This document shows positions 25,001 through 39,100 of a stretch of DNA of 64,000 bases, one piece after another. The stretch's first letter is position 1; every line of letters starts with the position of its first letter. A program made the position numbers and the translations under genes. Source of the DNA: Botryllus schlosseri. Lineage: Eukaryota. The notes under the pieces are model-generated. The model saw only the letters and a list, made by a program, of their open reading frames with translations, did not search any database and was not told the DNA's origin. The stretch spans positions 7,750,001 through 7,814,000 of the forward strand of contig CM119377.1 of assembly GCA_051294905.1 (NCBI GenBank), written 5' to 3'.

Positions 25001-26528
25001 CAGGGTTGTAACCAAGTCACATTGTTCCGAGTCACGAGTCAATCTTACTTTTGCGGTTTTGACTCGAGTCAAGTCGAGTCATTTTCAATTCATCACCGAG
25101 TCGAGTCCGAGTCCAAGTCACCGTTTGAAGGCTCAAGTCCGAGTCATAGTGTTATGACTCGAGTCGAGTCCAAGTCACAGTATTGAAGTCATGTTCGCCT
25201 CATGTTTTCAATCCTGAACTGGCTTATAGCTAAAAAAGGTCAGCTTTCCTGCTCAGCTCCCGAAATAGCCGCCGGAGCGTTACTAATATGAGAGGAAAAT
25301 TTGGATTAACTACAAATAGAGATTTTCGAATTTTACCGGCCACCTCATGATATTGTTATATGGTGTAAAAATATGATTGATAGCAAATTTGGCTCAATTC
25401 CAACTAGAAAAAGCGAATTTATTAGAGTGGAATATTTTGGATATGAAAAGATAGTCGGCTTACTACTAGCATGTAATTATATTATATGAAATAATTTTTC
25501 ACCAAAAACACTCCCTTTATTTTCAAATATATAATTTTCTCCTCTCATATCATTGATTGTACTTTTTAAAATTAAGCCAGATTCAGAGTTCTTTCCATGC
25601 AACATAACAATTTCACCAAGTAGCCACCCAGTAAAATAAATAAGAAGTTATTTTTGAATAACCCTATTGTACAAACATCACACAACATTAACCATTCATT
25701 ATTATTCACGTGCACAATGCACATACCTAACAACACGTCAAATGGATGGATTGTATTGTGTGTTTTCACTGACAGCAGATCAAATCAATGATGAGTTACA
25801 ATTCAAAAATACTAAAGTGGAAAGGAGATACTCATATATGTTATAGCGGCATGGCCTTAGAATAAATCCACATCAACTGAACACGTTCCACTGGTGCACT
25901 AGATACAGGAATTGACAAGCATTTTTGAACCACATTGAAGAGCATTGGATACTCATTATTTCTGGTCGCCCAATAATGCAAAGAATCATCGCCTTCAAAT
26001 CTACACATGAGCTTATCAGTCTCTTCGAAGTACTTGGCCATCTGAGTCATTTCATTGGCGCTAATTGAACTTTGCTTCGATTGTTTGCTTGTATAATTGA
26101 AAAGTCTCGAGTACTTTGATTGCGGAGGATCTATTACTTTCATTACAGGATGATTTTGTACTATGGATTGCTACTATATGTGCCATTTTCTGTTGTTTTT
26201 ACGGCGACATATCTGATATCAGACGTGTGCAACGAAAGTAGTGGCGAAAAATAGCGATATCGACAGAATTCGTCATATGCGTTGATCTAGCCAGTACGAT
26301 TCGCAAATTTCTTCATCTTCAAGTCATATAAAATATGCCGAGTCAATGACTTGGGTCGAGTCATGCGTAATGACTCGAGTTCAAGTCGAGTCAATCCAAA
26401 TATTGACTTGAGTCGAGTCGAGTCAATTTCCTTTTTCAAGAAAATGACTCGAGTCAAGTCGAGTCACCAAAAATTCGTGACTCGAGTCTGACTCGAGTCG
26501 AGTCATGACTCGAGTCATTACAACCCTG
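25001..26528 (-). mobile_element. Internally deleted hAT transposon, family A, longest copy (1528 bp)
   Basis: TIR CAGGGTTGTAA / TTACAACCCTG; perfect TSD TCCGGATC; dense GACTCGAGTC subterminal repeats; contains a transposase remnant. Confidence 0.92.
25785..26143 (-). pseudogene. hAT transposase C-terminal dimerisation domain remnant
   Basis: DSLHYWATRNNEYPMLFNVVQKCLSIPVSSAPVERV, then across frameshifts and stops FS*CGFILRP...LSTLVFLNCN. Matches the recalled W..YP.L..LSIP.SSA..ER.FS...L.FL..N signature. Confidence 0.85.
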
Positions 26529-27103
26529 TCCGGATCCGGCCGAGGTGGATGTTAAATTAAAAGGATCGCTACGGATGCGTGTCGTTTGACATCCTCCTAT
26601 CTGTTCATGACATCGCATTGTGTCTTATCGCGCTGTACATTGTATGTGACTTATTCAGTTGAAAAATATAACTCAACGATTATCGTATATTTCTTTTGAG
26701 TTTCATAATGCATACATTTTAGGTGATTACTTTTTGGACTCATTTCGATTTTTGAAGGTTCATCGGTCCGCAAAATTGGTTTTGAAATTTTAAATGTCCC
26801 AAAATTCATAAAAGGTTGACTACAACGGCGTCTATAGTCTGTATAGTACCACTGAGTCTTACACTCTCGTTGAAATATGGTCTCTCAAGTATTTTTACAG
26901 CTCAGTGATCACTCATGTCATAAATCTTCGTAACTGCATTTTCCGCCAGAACCAACGTAGTTGAAGTTAGATTTCTCTTTCCCGCCCTATCTACTCAGCA
27001 AATACCTTATGAAGTAAGATGGAATTTTACGCCGTCTAGTTTAACCAAGTTCATTGTCAATTCCTCGCATTCGATTCAAGCGTCTTCCTAAACATTGTTC
27101 GCC

Positions 27104-30100
27104 ATGGATTCCGAAGTCGATCATTCATTGCTGTTCAAAAATGTTCGATTTTATACAGTTGGAGATATACAAGAACAGGTTTGTGTGATGATAGTGACTA
27201 GTGAGCGAATGTCAATGAATGATAAGATATGATTTTGCTAAGCCTTGGGTAAGCTAAGGTATCATCATAGCTTGGTAAATTTTCATCATACATGTAATAT
27301 ATAGTATAGTATAGTATATGTAACATCACTAACATGCTACCTTTCGCCCAAGACTCAAACGTTGTTGGAAAGCGGAGGGGCGAAAAGGGAGAGCTATTTG
27401 TCAGCCATTGTAACTCACGCGATAGTTACCGATTTCGATAGTGTTGATTTGGAGGAAGCGCAAGATTGTTGGCAAACACCGACAGTTACAGTGAGTGTGC
27501 ATTATTTTGTATTATTTAATCATTATGAATAGTGTGAATATATTACTCTCTTCTACTAGACGTTGATTTTTTGTATTCATTTCTGGATTCAGTGGATTGC
27601 ATATTTTCACATAATTGATTTGAAGTTATGTTGCAGTAATCGTAATCTACTGTTTGAATATCAGCTCTAGGCCTTGAAATTAAGTTGTTGCTATCCTTAT
27701 CCAAATTACATAGGACGCTTGCATGAGAAATAGGTACGATGAGGCTAATCCTTTGGCGCAATTCTGTTATACTAGTATATTCTGATCTACAATATGGTCG
27801 TTCTTGATATTCCGTGTTTGAAACCATCCAGCAAAAGGCTTTTATTGAAGCAATAGTCTTGGAAATTTTCCTGTCTAATATTATTATTTCTCCTTGTTTA
27901 TTTACTCCTTCTACTCGTCTACTCGTAGTGATCACTGGTAGGAGGCATTATTTTATTACTGATTATCCCAATTTTCCAAATAATCTAACATCGTGATCCT
28001 AGAATAGGTTTTGTGTCCGGCTATAAAATATTTATCATAGATAAATTGTTTATTTCAGGAACGATGGGTGCATCTCAGCTCAAAATGCAAGAAACTACTG
28101 CCGTATCCTTTTATTCTATCACATTGTGAGCTTTTTCATGTTAAATACGCTCTATGATGACCATAGAGTTATGATCCGTGTAAATTTATTCAAATTACAT
28201 TCGGAGGGTAGGCCTACTTCCTCAGAATTTGACATATAGATTAGCTTGCAGACTGCCTGCAGAATCCTTAGTTGTGCATTCAAATCCATCATTCGTCAAA
28301 GTCATACGTTCAAACGTTCTGCAACCCTACCCGTTCCTGTTATAAATTTATTCCATTAAGTAGTATGAATCGAAAATGTTGATGCCTCTCGTCACCTCTC
28401 AATGGGTATTGATGTTTGATTGCCTCCTATGGCGAGCCATGCACAATATGCAATAGTTTATATTTGCATCATTGATTCCTTTGATCATAAACACCGATTC
28501 CTAATGTAAGCAAGCTTCAAATGGCACAGAACTTCAATATTGCAGCATACAATATATTCAAATTACAAAATTGTTCAGAGTGAATGAATTTACCAATGGA
28601 TAGCCTGTATTGTTTGTTGGAATTAGTGATTATTTCCTCCATCAGATTCTAACATGCCACTAAAACCAAGTGCTGCATTTCAAGCATGTTTTGTCTCCTT
28701 GACATTCGACATCCACAGTACAGAAGCCTTCACACCCTCCCACGCACAACTGTTCTCAAAACTAGTATTCTGCCCGTCTCAACTATCCAAGAGAGACAGA
28801 GACTTGATATGGGGCTGCGTGACATTTTACGGGGGATCGTGTCAATTGTCGCTGAATGACAAATGCACGCATTTGATCGTGCCTAGAACTGTCGGGGTGA
28901 GTGCGATGTTCTTCGTATGAATTTATTTACAAATCTACATCCGATATTTGTTACTGTGAAGGCGAAATATGAAGAAGCTTTGAAGCATTCTGATGTCATA
29001 ACCGTTGTGACTCCAGATTTTATCCTGGATTCTGTCAAGTCCAAAAAGTTGGAAGACGCTAAAAAGTATCATCCCTCTTTGGTGATCGAACCCAAGCCAG
29101 GTTTGTTGCGTGTGCTGTCTGGCTGAACCTTATCTTCAGATTAGTTGTTGTCGGAGTCAATTAAGTAGTAGGCCTACTCTGATATGTTTGTCTTGGAATG
29201 AAAGTAAAATTGCTATTTTTTACTGGAAAGTGATTCTATGAAAATACCAATTGTCGCCCAAGCATTCACTTGTACTTTTACAAATAGTCATACCTCCATT
29301 TGGGAGATTTTCTCGACAATAACATGTCACAGATCTGCTGTACAGTAGTCGAAACAGTTGATGAAGTGGAAAAGATGCATTTTTTCTCCTGGTTACCCCC
29401 CTTTCTTCAGTGATATAAAATTTTCATGGAGCTCTGATAAAAGTTTTTCGTCTCAAGCCAGTATAACTTGGAAAAGTTGATCGAATGATTCTCGCCGGCC
29501 CACCAAAATAGTAAAATATGTTCGTTTTTAAATGTCGAATAGCTAACAGTGCTATGAAAGATACCATTCCATCATGTAAAGTTTTACGATATTGTACTGC
29601 GGAGCTAATGTCATGGGAAATGTTGTAGTTTATGGGCACGGCTCTTAAGTGTGATTTAGGAAATGACAATTACTTTTAGAAATTGAAACGTCTGCCGACA
29701 CGCAGCCATCGCAGGATTTGATAGCGTCGAGCTTACAGAGTGTCGCTATAACCACGGCAGCAGGTTTGCAAATGAATAATGCGCTACGATACATTTCAAT
29801 TGCAGCTTGTTATTTTCACAGATGCGCCCAATCCCGCTTCACAGGCATCATTACCACCACCTTTCACATCTGAAAGCATTGCGACGGTATTACAGATTTG
29901 ACCCATGATCCCATTGCGTGATGTTACGATTTTTTTCTCTTTCTCAGACGTTGGTCACCACTGCCCCGCCGCCTGTCACAATGCAGCAACATGTCATCAA
30001 CAGGGCCGTGCCGAGTCAGCAACCGATTGCGATGTCGCAGCCGCACAACGTGATGGTCACATCAACCACGGGTGGCAGCGAGTCGATATCGCATTCGATT

Positions 30101-33100
30101 ATATCACAGGGCGGACAACAGTATTACATCACCGGGCCTAACGCAGGAAACGCGCAAGCGATGGTGATGCAGCAATTTCAAATGCAGAGGCATCCGATAC
30201 AGCAACCGCACCAGCAGAGGTATGTAGGCTACTTTATAGTGTGCCGGTGTACATGATGATGGGTCGTTGATCGATGTGACCAATGTTCTAACGATGCTGA
30301 AATTTCCAGAGGTCGTCAAAGTAGTCGTCATTAGTACTCGGGTAGAAGTAGAAGAGGGGTTGCAATGACTCGAGTCGCAACTTTTTTGTTGACTCAACTC
30401 GACTCGAGTCATTTTCTTTTCTTCGACTGGATTCAATTTATTTATCAACTCTACTCGAGTCATTTTGCATGACTCTACCAAGTCATATGACTCGACACAT
30501 TTTATGTGACTTATTCAAGTCTCGTATATCGGGTCCGATTATTGAAAGAGGCCCAGAAACTGTCCTACTCTGTTTGAAGGAACATGCGTAGAGTGAGAAA
30601 AAGGAGTATATGATAAATTTGAGACCTTTTATGTCATTGAACTAACGTGAACTCGGCACTCAACACTGTGACTTGGACTCGACTCAGTACTCCCTTACTC
30701 AGACTTGACTCGGTGTTGAATTGAAAATGACTCGACTTTACTCGAGGCAAAACTTAAGAAGTAAAATGGTCTTGTGACTCGGAACCTTGTGACTTGGTTA
30801 CAGCCCTGAGTAGAAGCAGCTATTTATCACGTAGTAGAAGTAGTTTAAGTGGCACAAGTAGACGAAACTGTTTGACTACTCCGAATAGTAGTTTGTTACT
30901 GACCTCCCATCACCGTTGGTCTAAGATCTCAGGATATTGCCCATGGAATTGTTCAGTTTGAAATATCACTTTATGAGGAGATATCGACGTAGCGTAAGGG
31001 TTGGACGGTTCAGCTTCCTAATAGGCCGGCTGTTGGTTGGAATACCGGCTTGGCCTGGCTCGAGACTCGCTTGTAAAACTTGAGTGCCTGTGGCGTCCTT
31101 GCTAGGCTGTCGGCAATACCGCGGAGAGGAAAATGACGTTACTGACTTGATATCCTTGTGGTTGTAGCATTGTATCGCTAATCAGCCGTATTTTGCTTAA
31201 TGGGTATTTATTATCGCGACTCCTACAGTCCATGATTATTTTGGTGAATGTGCGATGTGCAAGTGCGCGATTGCGTGCTGCAAAATGTTGATCAATACTA
31301 ATGATCATTTATCAATTCACTTTTAGCACTGTATTTCCTAGATTTGCCGCGCCTACTATGCAGCAGCAACGCTTTCAAAGCCCGAGCAATCCGAATCAGG
31401 CATCTCCGCGGCAGGCTACCCCGAATCAGAAGAAGCCGAAGAAGAGACGGGCATCTACTAAATCGAAAGCCAACGCAAAATCAACAAGTAAGTTGCACTG
31501 CACCATGGTACAAATCCGCGCCACATAGTATTATTGAAAATGCTTCTAACAAATATGCCGAAGTGCTGTATTTTAAGTGACATACTGCAACCCCGAATGT
31601 TTTTGAAGACAAGTATATTAATATTTGATTATTCAACTATGTAGCCAAATTAGAATCAAATTTTGAGTAGATTGCTTCATTTTCATTCATGGAATTGACG
31701 CGACCTGTGATTGTTGCCTAGTAGTATCATGATCACAAATATACTTTCAATTTTCACATGATTCATGACAAACCGAGATATTTCTACTTGAGTATGAGTA
31801 GGGCGCCTTGCTCTCGACTCGATCACCGCTAAGTATTCTGTCACTGAGAGCACACTTGAATGTAATTGTGAATTGTGATGCTGTCCCAAATGTATCTGAT
31901 ATCATAATCGCTCTGTACTGGCAGTTCGCTTCCAGTTCAAATCTGCCATATATTATAGGCTTTCAAACTTTGTTTCTTTATTCTACTTTTTCGTGTTGGG
32001 TTTTGTGATGGCGTGGCAATGATACCGAGTATTTTCATGCGGCTTTGCATGCTTTTATTCCGGACGATTATAGAATGCTCGGCTAGATGCTGTGTCGTCA
32101 GTTGTTATATTTAAAAAAAAAAAAACTTCTCATTTTGTTGGAATATTGGTGCATATTTTGTGAAATTGGAGAGCTTTATACTCAAAATATGCCTTCATCC
32201 CATTTACAACAACACAGTTTTACTATTCGTCTGTAGGTTTGTATCATAAGAAACACACTCTTCTACAGGTGCCAGCGTGCCTTCCTCGCCCATGCACACC
32301 AACCAAATGACCATGATGACGCAGCAGCAGTTTATGCAACAGCAAAACCAGCAAATGCTACTGAACCAGCACCGAATGCCCATGATGCACCAACAGACGG
32401 GCCAGCACGGCAAGGTCAACTTCATGCCGCCACAGCAAATGTACCAGACCCAGCACTTTCAAGCCGCCATGCACGGCAAGCCCCAAGGCACAACGCAAAC
32501 TTCGCCGCAAAAGCAGCACATGATAACCGATCAAACCGGTATGAGGCACTTTATTCCTGGCACGTTCCAGCAAGGGAATATGATGCGCATGCAGCAACAG
32601 CAGCCCAGGCAAGCGAACCAGCAGATGATGCCGGTGCAGTTTAACACACAGATGCAGCAGCAGATTACGCAGCACCAAATCAAAATGACGGCCCAGCCGC
32701 AACAGAGACCGCAAATGACGATACAGCAGCGGCCCGTTATGATGGGTCAAGGGATTACCATGCAGAATCAAATGCAGGGGATGAACACCGCCGTGAAAAT
32801 GCAATCCAGAATGCAGGCCCCGCAACAAGCTATGATGCCGCAACAACAACCATCGCCAAAAGACGGATTATCTCCACAGCAGGTGCCGATGTCCTTGCAG
32901 CAATCTCCTATCAAGCAAACAAACCAGGTTGCACCGCAGCCTGTCATGACACCGCAACAGAGGCAGGTCGTGATGCAACAGATGCATCAGAGACAGATGC
33001 AGTTACAGCAACAACAGCAATCGCATATGATGCAGAATCAAGGGCAGCTGCCGCCAGGCGGACACAAGCATACATCCCCCTCGTCTTCTCACGTGAGTTT

Positions 33101-36100
33101 TGCTATGTTTTTGTTTCTATGTGGTAAGAGACGAAGTGTTTCTACAGTTTCAAAATATTCCTGCATGAGCAGATTGTCGGTTTTGTGGCACTTGGTTAGA
33201 TTTTAAACTGCCGCTGGCCTTTACGCTTTTAAAATTTTGTCTGGTGGAAAGTGATTCAGAGATATGGATTTACATTGCGCGTTTCCTAGGCAATGATGTG
33301 GTTCCCTTAAACTAAGACGCTCTTGTAGTCACTTTTTCGTATAAAAACACGACGCTAGGAGGGCCTATTTTAATGGGTGTCTAATGTTTCAGGTATTTCA
33401 TGTGTTAGGGTAGGTCTACTTTTTGGAGCCCATCACTAGCAGGCAAGGTACAACTACAATAGTAGGATTAAGGACAGTGTTTTGCTTGAAAAGTCCTCTA
33501 TTCTTTCTCGCATTACTGGTCTTAAGTGAGTTGCAGGCTTAATCTTATTCAGTTTGGCACTTGCACTTGCAGTCATTGTGACATGGGTTAAGTTGAAAGT
33601 AGACCATGATGACTCTATCACATCACAAAGCATTTTAAGTTTCTAAATCAGTTTAAACTTGAGTGTTTTATTTCTCGAATTAGTGGACAAGTGTTCAACC
33701 TCTTAGATTCCTGGTACCTAATAGAAAATAAAATTGAAGCATTGAGCAAGCAGTAACCCCTGTTATACAGCACAGACCCGACTTCCTCAAAGGCGTTAAC
33801 GTTGGTTGCCCATTGTCCACAGTTGTTTCAAAATGACTCTTTCAGCTACCCTTTCATTCCTCCCATGTTACGCTTCTACTGGACTCGTTTTGGCTTTGAT
33901 TCAGGCACAGTGGAGTAGTGTAGAGTGTAGCATTTGAACCTTTTTCGAGAGTATATGTGATCACTTTGACCCCCTCTTCATCTAGGCCTCCATAAACGTC
34001 GGCGGAATGGGAGCTATCTCACCCACGGCGCTGCAGCAGGGACTGATGATGGCGCAAGCCCAGCAGAATTCCACTTTCCAGCAGCCGCTGATCCACCCGA
34101 GCCTGCAGACGCCGCAGGACTACGGCAAGGGTGAGTGGGTGGACGGGTTCGTTGACCTTACAATAATCGCGATCCAGTTACTGTCCCAGGGGGAAGCACG
34201 AAGTCTAGAAGGCTGAAATCGAGGAAGAATAAAGATGGGGATGAGAATACGGATGGCAAGGCGAAGACGAAGGGCCGCACTAGACCAAAGGTACATTATT
34301 TCTAATTGTAGTGTCCGATTTTATTACAAGCGCTGACCAATATCGTGCAGCCAAGTGATTCTTTCTTGCTTACACATAATAAGGGTAATGGTATGCAAAT
34401 TATGAACATCTGAAGGAAATTAACATAGCGGATAAAATACCACCGTCTAATTGCAGGTTTCATTTTCTTCTCAGCACAACTATAGTAATTTTGTTTCGTT
34501 TAACTATCACAAAGCAGATGTTCTTTTTCCAATCATCAACCACAATTTATAACCTTGGCTCTTTCGCACAATGCTTCGGTTAACCTACTGAAGTTGTGTG
34601 GAACTTGTAGGAAATAATCGTGGGTTCTCCGAACCAAGTTTTTGAATTGTCTTCATTTCCAAGTTTTCAAGTGCTTAATTATTCTGAGTTATGTTGATGA
34701 TGTACAGCTCTGCTGAAATTGCCGCATTCGGTTTCTTCAATTCTGAGGTTCGAGCGTTGATTTAACTTCATATTTATGCCCTTGCTCCTATATATATTTT
34801 TCGTTTTATCATCACTGCTTGTTATTTGTCCTCCAGCTATTTGAAGTCAAACCGATAACTCGGTATCTTATGACAAAATCAGCGAGATAGAGGAATTTCT
34901 GTCGGATAATCTGACATGGAATATTTGACCGTGTGTACATGCCTTCGATGAATAATTCACCGTTTCGAAACTGTTTACTGTTTACCACCGATACACTGGA
35001 ACATAAGATACAGCCATGTTCCGCAAAGTTGAATTCAGATTATTCTGTTCTTCCGGTTGCATAACTAACACCTCGTGCGAGGATTTGTTTGTGTTTTTCT
35101 GGATGCGTATTGCTTGGGTTCTGCGATACAAGATGTCTTTCTGGGATTGACTACTGCAGTTACAACATGTGACAAGACAAAATGTTTTAACCAACCCAGC
35201 ACTGATTAAAATAGAATAGAAAAACAGTGAAACTGTCAATAACCAGACCAGTCAGTTTGACTTTCGCTTGTATTTTTGGAAAAAAAATAACAAGATGTTG
35301 GAACAATTGTATAGAGTCCCACAGCACCTTGGAAACAAACTGCAAGTTTATGTACGTGGCTAGAGAGGATGATCAATCAAACCCCCCCCCCCCCGACTCA
35401 TTCTATTATAATTTAGCAAATTTTTTGACATTTGTAATGCGTACCCTCAGAATTGTCCAATATTTACAAATGTTTTTCTTTTTTAAATTCTAGGTACAGT
35501 AAAAAAAATAAATCGAAAAATTTCCAGCGGTTCACAAGATAATGCGATTCAAAATTCTCTTGTCACTAGGTGGTGCTGCATGCAAAAATCTTCAAATTCA
35601 TATTTTTTGCTTTAATACTGGTGGTGAATCAATTGAAATGTCTGATTACACAATTCTGGGGCCAAGGAATTAAAAAAAAACTTTTTTGCTCGAAACTCAA
35701 AGGAAAAAAGTTACAGATGAAAAAATATTATAACAACTACGCAATGCAAAGAATTTTTTGTGTGATTTCGTTGGGGAATAGAGAATATTTTGAAAATCCA
35801 ATTTTTTATATCAGTCATACTGCTTCAAAGTACATTTTGCATGTAGCGCCACCTACTGACTAGAGGATTTTGAATTGCATCATCTTTTGAACCGCTGGAA
35901 TTTTTTCAATTTTATTTTTTTTAATGTACCCAACATTTGTAAATATTGGCCAAGTCTGAGGGTATGCAGTACAGCCCTTGCCAAGTTATAATGGATTTGG
36001 CCCCTCACGAAATCGCAATTCCTCGTGCTGTTGAAATTTATGTTGAATATAGTTTTATTGATTTTATTTCATTTTCAGAAGTCATCGCAGAGTCCCGCCT

Positions 36101-39100
36101 CTTCGTCGCCGGGAAGCAAAAAACTGCCGCAACCTTCCCCCGGCATGGGCACGGTCCCGGCATACTATCAAACCCCGATGAACGCGATGACCCCGCCCCC
36201 GAACCACAGTGCCTCTGTCGATTACGTCGGTAACAAACACATGTTCGCCACGCCCAACCCTACCGCGAGTCCGTTAGCTGCTACCGAGAATACGTTTGGG
36301 CAAGCGCAACGAACGATCTCGCAAACCAGCCCCAAAATGGAAACGAGATTTTTACCCCAACCTACCCCGACACCTACCCCACCGCCGAGGGGGTTGTTTG
36401 TCGATCCGCTTGAATCATTTCCGGAATCTTTTCAAGGAAAGTATTTTGGCCACGACCCTGCCGAGAATGGTAAGCCGTTGAAAGCTTTTGTTTGAAATTG
36501 GATTTGAACTCTAACTTGTCTTGCAGTTCCTAGGGAATTATGTCTCCTGGGGTGCGTTTTCGTGATCGCAGAGTACCAAGACACTGTGCCTGATAGCAAG
36601 ATTATTGAACACTGGAAAAAGGTGGGCGTAGTTGACTTGGTTGCTGTACATCGTCCGTAACAGACGGTTGTGTTATTTTGATATAATTGTGTTTTTTAAT
36701 GTTTTGCTCTATCATTAATCTAATCTTATGGCACAAGACTCAGGGTTGTAATTGTAATGACTCGACTCGAGTCACGATTTTCTGATGACTAAACTTCACT
36801 CGAGTCATTTTCTCAAAATATGAAAATGACTCAACTCGACTCGAGTCAATTTGTGTATTGACTCGACTTGTACTCGAGTCATTGCGGATGACTCGAACCA
36901 AGTCATATGACTCGAGACTCAGCCGGCCAAGACCGGCATTTCATTGTAGTTTCGAAGAATAGTAAAGTGACCACACTATTAGGATTTCGTCTATTGGCAC
37001 TGGTACTTGATAATACAACCAAAAACTGCTAAAAGTGAGAGAAATTAGTATATTAAAATCATTCGTTATCTTCAAATAGAGTTATAAAAAGTGTGTTTAA
37101 CAAGACTTTAACTGGAAACTGAGCAGTCAACACAATGACTTGGACTCGGACTCAAGTCATAATACCATGACTCGGACTCGGCCCTCTGCTTGCTGACTTG
37201 GACTCTGACTTGACCCGGTAGTGCATTGAAAATGACTCGACTGGACTCGAGTCAAAACTATGAAAGTGAGATTGACTTGTGACTCGGAGACTTGTGACTT
37301 GGTTACAACCCTGATAAGACTTGCACCCAGGGTTGTAACCTCTCACTTTTATAGTTTTGACTCGAGTCAAGTCGAGTCATTTTCAGTTCACCGTCAAGTC
37401 CATGTCGTCGAGTCCGAGTCATAGTGTTGTGACTTGAGTCTGAGTCATTGTGTTCATTGTTCAATTTTGAGTTGAGTATGTTCAACCCACTTTTTCGACT
37501 ATGTTCAGTTGGTATAGAATCCCTCACATTTACAAAACGGTAATTTCCCTTGCACTCAACAGTTTCTGGCCATATCTTCCAAGTACCAGCACTGATAGAC
37601 GAAATACCAATAATGTGATAGCTTTACTATTATTCGAAGTTACAATGAAAAGTCTATCTTGGCCGTCCTAGTCTCCAGTCGTATGATTAGGTCGAGTCAT
37701 GCGCAATGACTCGAGTAAATGTCGAGTCAATACACAAATTGACACGAGTCGAGTCGTTACAAGCCTGCAGTCAACTAAGTAGCGCAAGTAAGCTGAACCT
37801 ACTTGAATTTTGAATTTTTACGTCTGCAATTCTTTGTCCATCCTCCCACCCGATTTCTAGCGTTGAGCCAACGTTTTCAAATGCTTGCGTTTGATTTTTC
37901 GCAGATAATAAGCAAATTCGGGGGCATCGTCGAAGAGGAATACAACATGTGCACATGCACGCATATTCTTTGCATCAGCCAAACCACGTCTCTTTTCAAG
38001 TAATCATATCTTTACCAGCCTCCCGCGTAGTACAACGATTCCCATCGATTCTTTTCAGAAACGCACTTTTGGAGGGTAAAAGGTGCGTTACCGTTTACTG
38101 GTTGAACGACGTGTTACTGGTACGGAGATTGCAACCGCCTTGGCTAGCCATACACATACCCACTCCGTTTTCGCCTTCGGAAAAACCAGCCTCGAATCAC
38201 GTAATTTGTCTGCATGCGAATCTCTTTACTGGTATGCTAAGAAGCTGTTGTTCCGTGCAGGCCGTAAGTTACACGGGATTTCATCAGAAAGAGCGTGAAA
38301 GAATTCGAATGATGGCTAGCGTGTGCGGGTGCAGTGTCTCCGGGTCTTTGAGTCGCAATAATTCAGTGTTGATATGTAAAGGGTAGGTGTCTTTCTTTGG
38401 TGCGTAATAAGTGCGTTCATCTCAAATTTTCTTGTTGCTATATCGATAGCACAGTGCTTAAGGGATGTAGAAAATGAATAAAAGATCTGAAATTCAATAT
38501 GACTAATCTTCCAAGATATATTTTGAATAGTATATTCATATTGAAATGAACCCGAATATTGTCGGCTGACACTCGTCAGGGGTAATCGTCAGCAACTAGT
38601 CTATTTACATATAGTGTCAAATATTTCCAGTAAAAACTTGGTTGCATAAAAATTTACATGAAAAAATGAAGAAAAGCTGGAAAGGTAGAAGTCCTCTGTT
38701 ACTGTTCACCTATGCCAATAGGAGATAGGACTAATCATGACTTGCGTGTTCCTCGCGTAGATTTTTTTATGCAAACTGCTGTCGCTTCCTCTCCAGAACG
38801 CTAAGCCTGAAATACAACAAAGCCAGGGAGTGGAAGATATCGTGCGTCACCGTGCGTTGGTTGAGGGACGTCCTGCTCGGCGATGCCGCCGCCGTAGCCG
38901 ATCCCGGCCAATCGAAATATCAGAATTTTGACGACAATTGCCAGGACCTTTTCAGCCTTGACGAGAGCCGGGTGCAAAAGATACTCGGTAAGAATTTTCG
39001 AGCATAATCATGGCTCCACGTGAACTGTTTTCAAAGACTGTTCACCTAGTATTGTCAGCAGAAAGTAGCTTCGGACATGTTTTGGCCCTTTAAAAGATTC

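Noticed and set aside
27543-27935. 130-aa antisense ORF in PAXIP1 intron 2
   Set aside because: No recognisable domain or splice context; resemblance to reverse transcriptase was too weak to support.
30253-30300. C-box (ATGATGA) and D-box (CTGA) pair suggesting an intronic snoRNA
   Set aside because: Too short (~48 nt) with no terminal stem.
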